This document shows positions 62,345 through 64,000 of a stretch of 64,000 nt of DNA, in pieces; position 1 is the stretch's first letter, and every line of letters begins with the position of its first letter. The stretch comes from Octopus sinensis (lineage: Eukaryota). The notes beneath the pieces were generated by a model. It searched no databases. It saw only the letters and a program-made list of their open reading frames with translations, and had not been told where the DNA came from. The stretch lies in the NCBI RefSeq assembly GCF_006345805.1, contig NC_043009.1, positions 8,494,001 to 8,558,000 on the forward strand. Direction: 5' to 3'. The position numbers were made by a program, and so were the translations under genes.

Positions 62345-62542
62345 CACACAGATGCGCGAAGAAAATCCGTTGCTGTGTAAGCATTTTGTTACATCTTAAC
62401 TGTTACGCGTAAAGTTCCCTCGTATTCCCAGTTGAGGCTCCGGAATGGTGTGTGTGTGTGTATGCGTACGTGTTCGCGTGCGTATGTGTTTGTGTGTGTG
62501 GTGTTCCGGATTTTCGGATTAGGCACATCGCACCCCATGGGA

Positions 62543-62575
<33 letters not shown>

Positions 62576-62924
62576 GTAATGAGTGGGGGAAGGAGAAATG
62601 TAAAGGAATTTTAAATATCGAGAATTTTTTTTTTTTTTTTTGTTCCAGAAACGTAATTTCTTTTATTTGAAACACAAGAATTTTGATAAATAAAGCGGGG
62701 GAGGAGGATAAGTTCTCCCATTGAGGAATGGGATGCCTTCTTCGAGATCCCGTCGGGACGAAGTTATCCCTAGGATCCGGAGACCTGGCAGGCCCAAATG
62801 ATTCAATGATTTATAACAGTAAACGGCTTAAATACACACAAAATCTCAGGTGGTAGCATTGAACCAGTTGATGATGGGCTAAATCTACCTCCGGAAATTA
62901 TTCCGGGCTCCTCTGAGGTGTTTC

Positions 62925-63075
62925 TTTGGTTCCCACAATCTGCTAAGTTTCAGACACAAAACTTTGGTGAACCCGAGGCTATGGTAGGGGGAACACAAGC
63001 TCAAGGTGCCATGCAGAGGCATCGAACCCGAAACCACATAGTTGTAAAGTGAATTTCTTAACCACGGGGCTTTAT
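62925..63075 (-). mobile_element. SINE family B-like head
   Basis: Reverse complement reads GTGGTTAAG..GGTTTCGGGTTCGATGCCTCTGCATGGCACCTTGAG. Confidence 0.65.
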
Positions 63076-63364
63076 ATTCGCGGCTGTTTGTGTTTAGAGA
63101 GATCCAAAACTCCTTTCTCTTTGCTTTGTTTTCAGTTAAGCCCAACTGAACAAACAATATGTACGAGATAGAAATCCGTAATATATGGAGTTTCAGTCAA
63201 TACATTGTGACAGCTGATCGTTTGTACACGTCATGTCTTCTGCCTGTTTTATTTCTGCGAGGAAGGTAAAATTACAACTGTTACCGAACGACATGAACTA
63301 GAAGCAAAAATCAAAGATCTTGTATTCGCCTACACGATAGTACTAAATTACAATAATGATGATG

Positions 63365-64000
63365 ATGATTTCTTTAATTAGCCACAGGGGCATTGATGAC
63401 GGGGACATTACAAGGACCGTCAAGAATTTGCGTGGGGTTTCCATGAGGAGAAAGAAATGGAATAGATGATGAAATGCGATAAATACATATATATATATAT
63501 ATATATATATAGTATACAAATATGTGATAATGTGAATGATACACTATCCCTGATACAAGAGGAACCCCAACTGGGGCCAATTAATGAACCCCGCAAATCC
63601 AGGGTTATCCTGCCCACTAAAGCACGAGTCCTCGCCTGACTCTTCTCCAATCCATGGGTATCCTAACCATTTTTTTCCGCTGTCACCCATCTTTTCACAG
63701 ATTCTCTGGGAGATAATATTTTCCCCTCCACCTTCATTTTCTTTTTCAAATGGAAATAAAAAATGTCAATGGGGGCTTAGGAAGCTGTCTCTCCTCTATC
63801 CGTTCAGCCTAGTCCACCACACAACCTCTTTCACCATAGCCACTAGACAGAGGAACATCGCCTGCCCTACCTTGTCAAAGGTGGACGGTAAGGCGATCTT
63901 CACGTTGGATTCGGCTGGTTATCGGATTCGTCCCACCCGCAATGACAGCTGTTCGATAGGACTCTCACACGTCAGCGATGCTCGGGCACTGTACGAATGT
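63365..64000 (-). mobile_element. L1/Tx1-like LINE 3' end (ORF2 C-terminus plus 3' UTR); continues beyond the window
   Basis: Minus strand: FVQCPSIAD (end of CCHC knuckle), IEQL..VGRIR, MFLCLVAMVKEVVWWTRL, HLKKKMKVE..SVKRWV; stops and frameshifts; ends AATTAAAGAAATC(ATC)n. Confidence 0.75.

Noticed and set aside
1186-62675. Most ORFs in the supplied track (poly-N/L/I, YIYI, THTH, CVCV, LSIY peptides)
   Set aside because: They are translations of microsatellites, which lack stops in some frames; no coding signal

Overview
AT-rich, microsatellite-dense eukaryotic DNA that looks like an Octopus (coleoid cephalopod) genome. This is inferred from the tRNA-derived SINE families and repeat landscape; no database search was possible. 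Most of the window is transposon debris: several SINE families (some as dimers/trimers), a 5'-truncated RTE LINE, an L1/Tx1-like 3' end, several Penelope-like element (PLE) fragments (RT and GIY-YIG), a maT (DD37D) deletion derivative, Tc1, pogo and mariner relics, and piggyBac-like and hAT-like MITEs. No complete protein-coding gene can be identified. A sharp rise in CpG content at about 55.5 kb plus a strong minus-strand splice donor at 58161 suggest the window is mostly the intronic body of a minus-strand gene starting near 58.4 kb; a few small exon candidates are listed at low confidence. The most notable structures are fold-back palindromes derived from PLE terminal repeats and bordered by (TA)n tracts. 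Two of them carry hammerhead ribozyme motifs on both strands: a canonical-core, long-stem type I at 11.2-11.5 kb and a minimal U4C variant at 55.1-55.2 kb. Also present are a twin-priming-like inversion inside a PLE endonuclease and two local templated duplications. Almost all ORFs in the supplied track are microsatellite artefacts.
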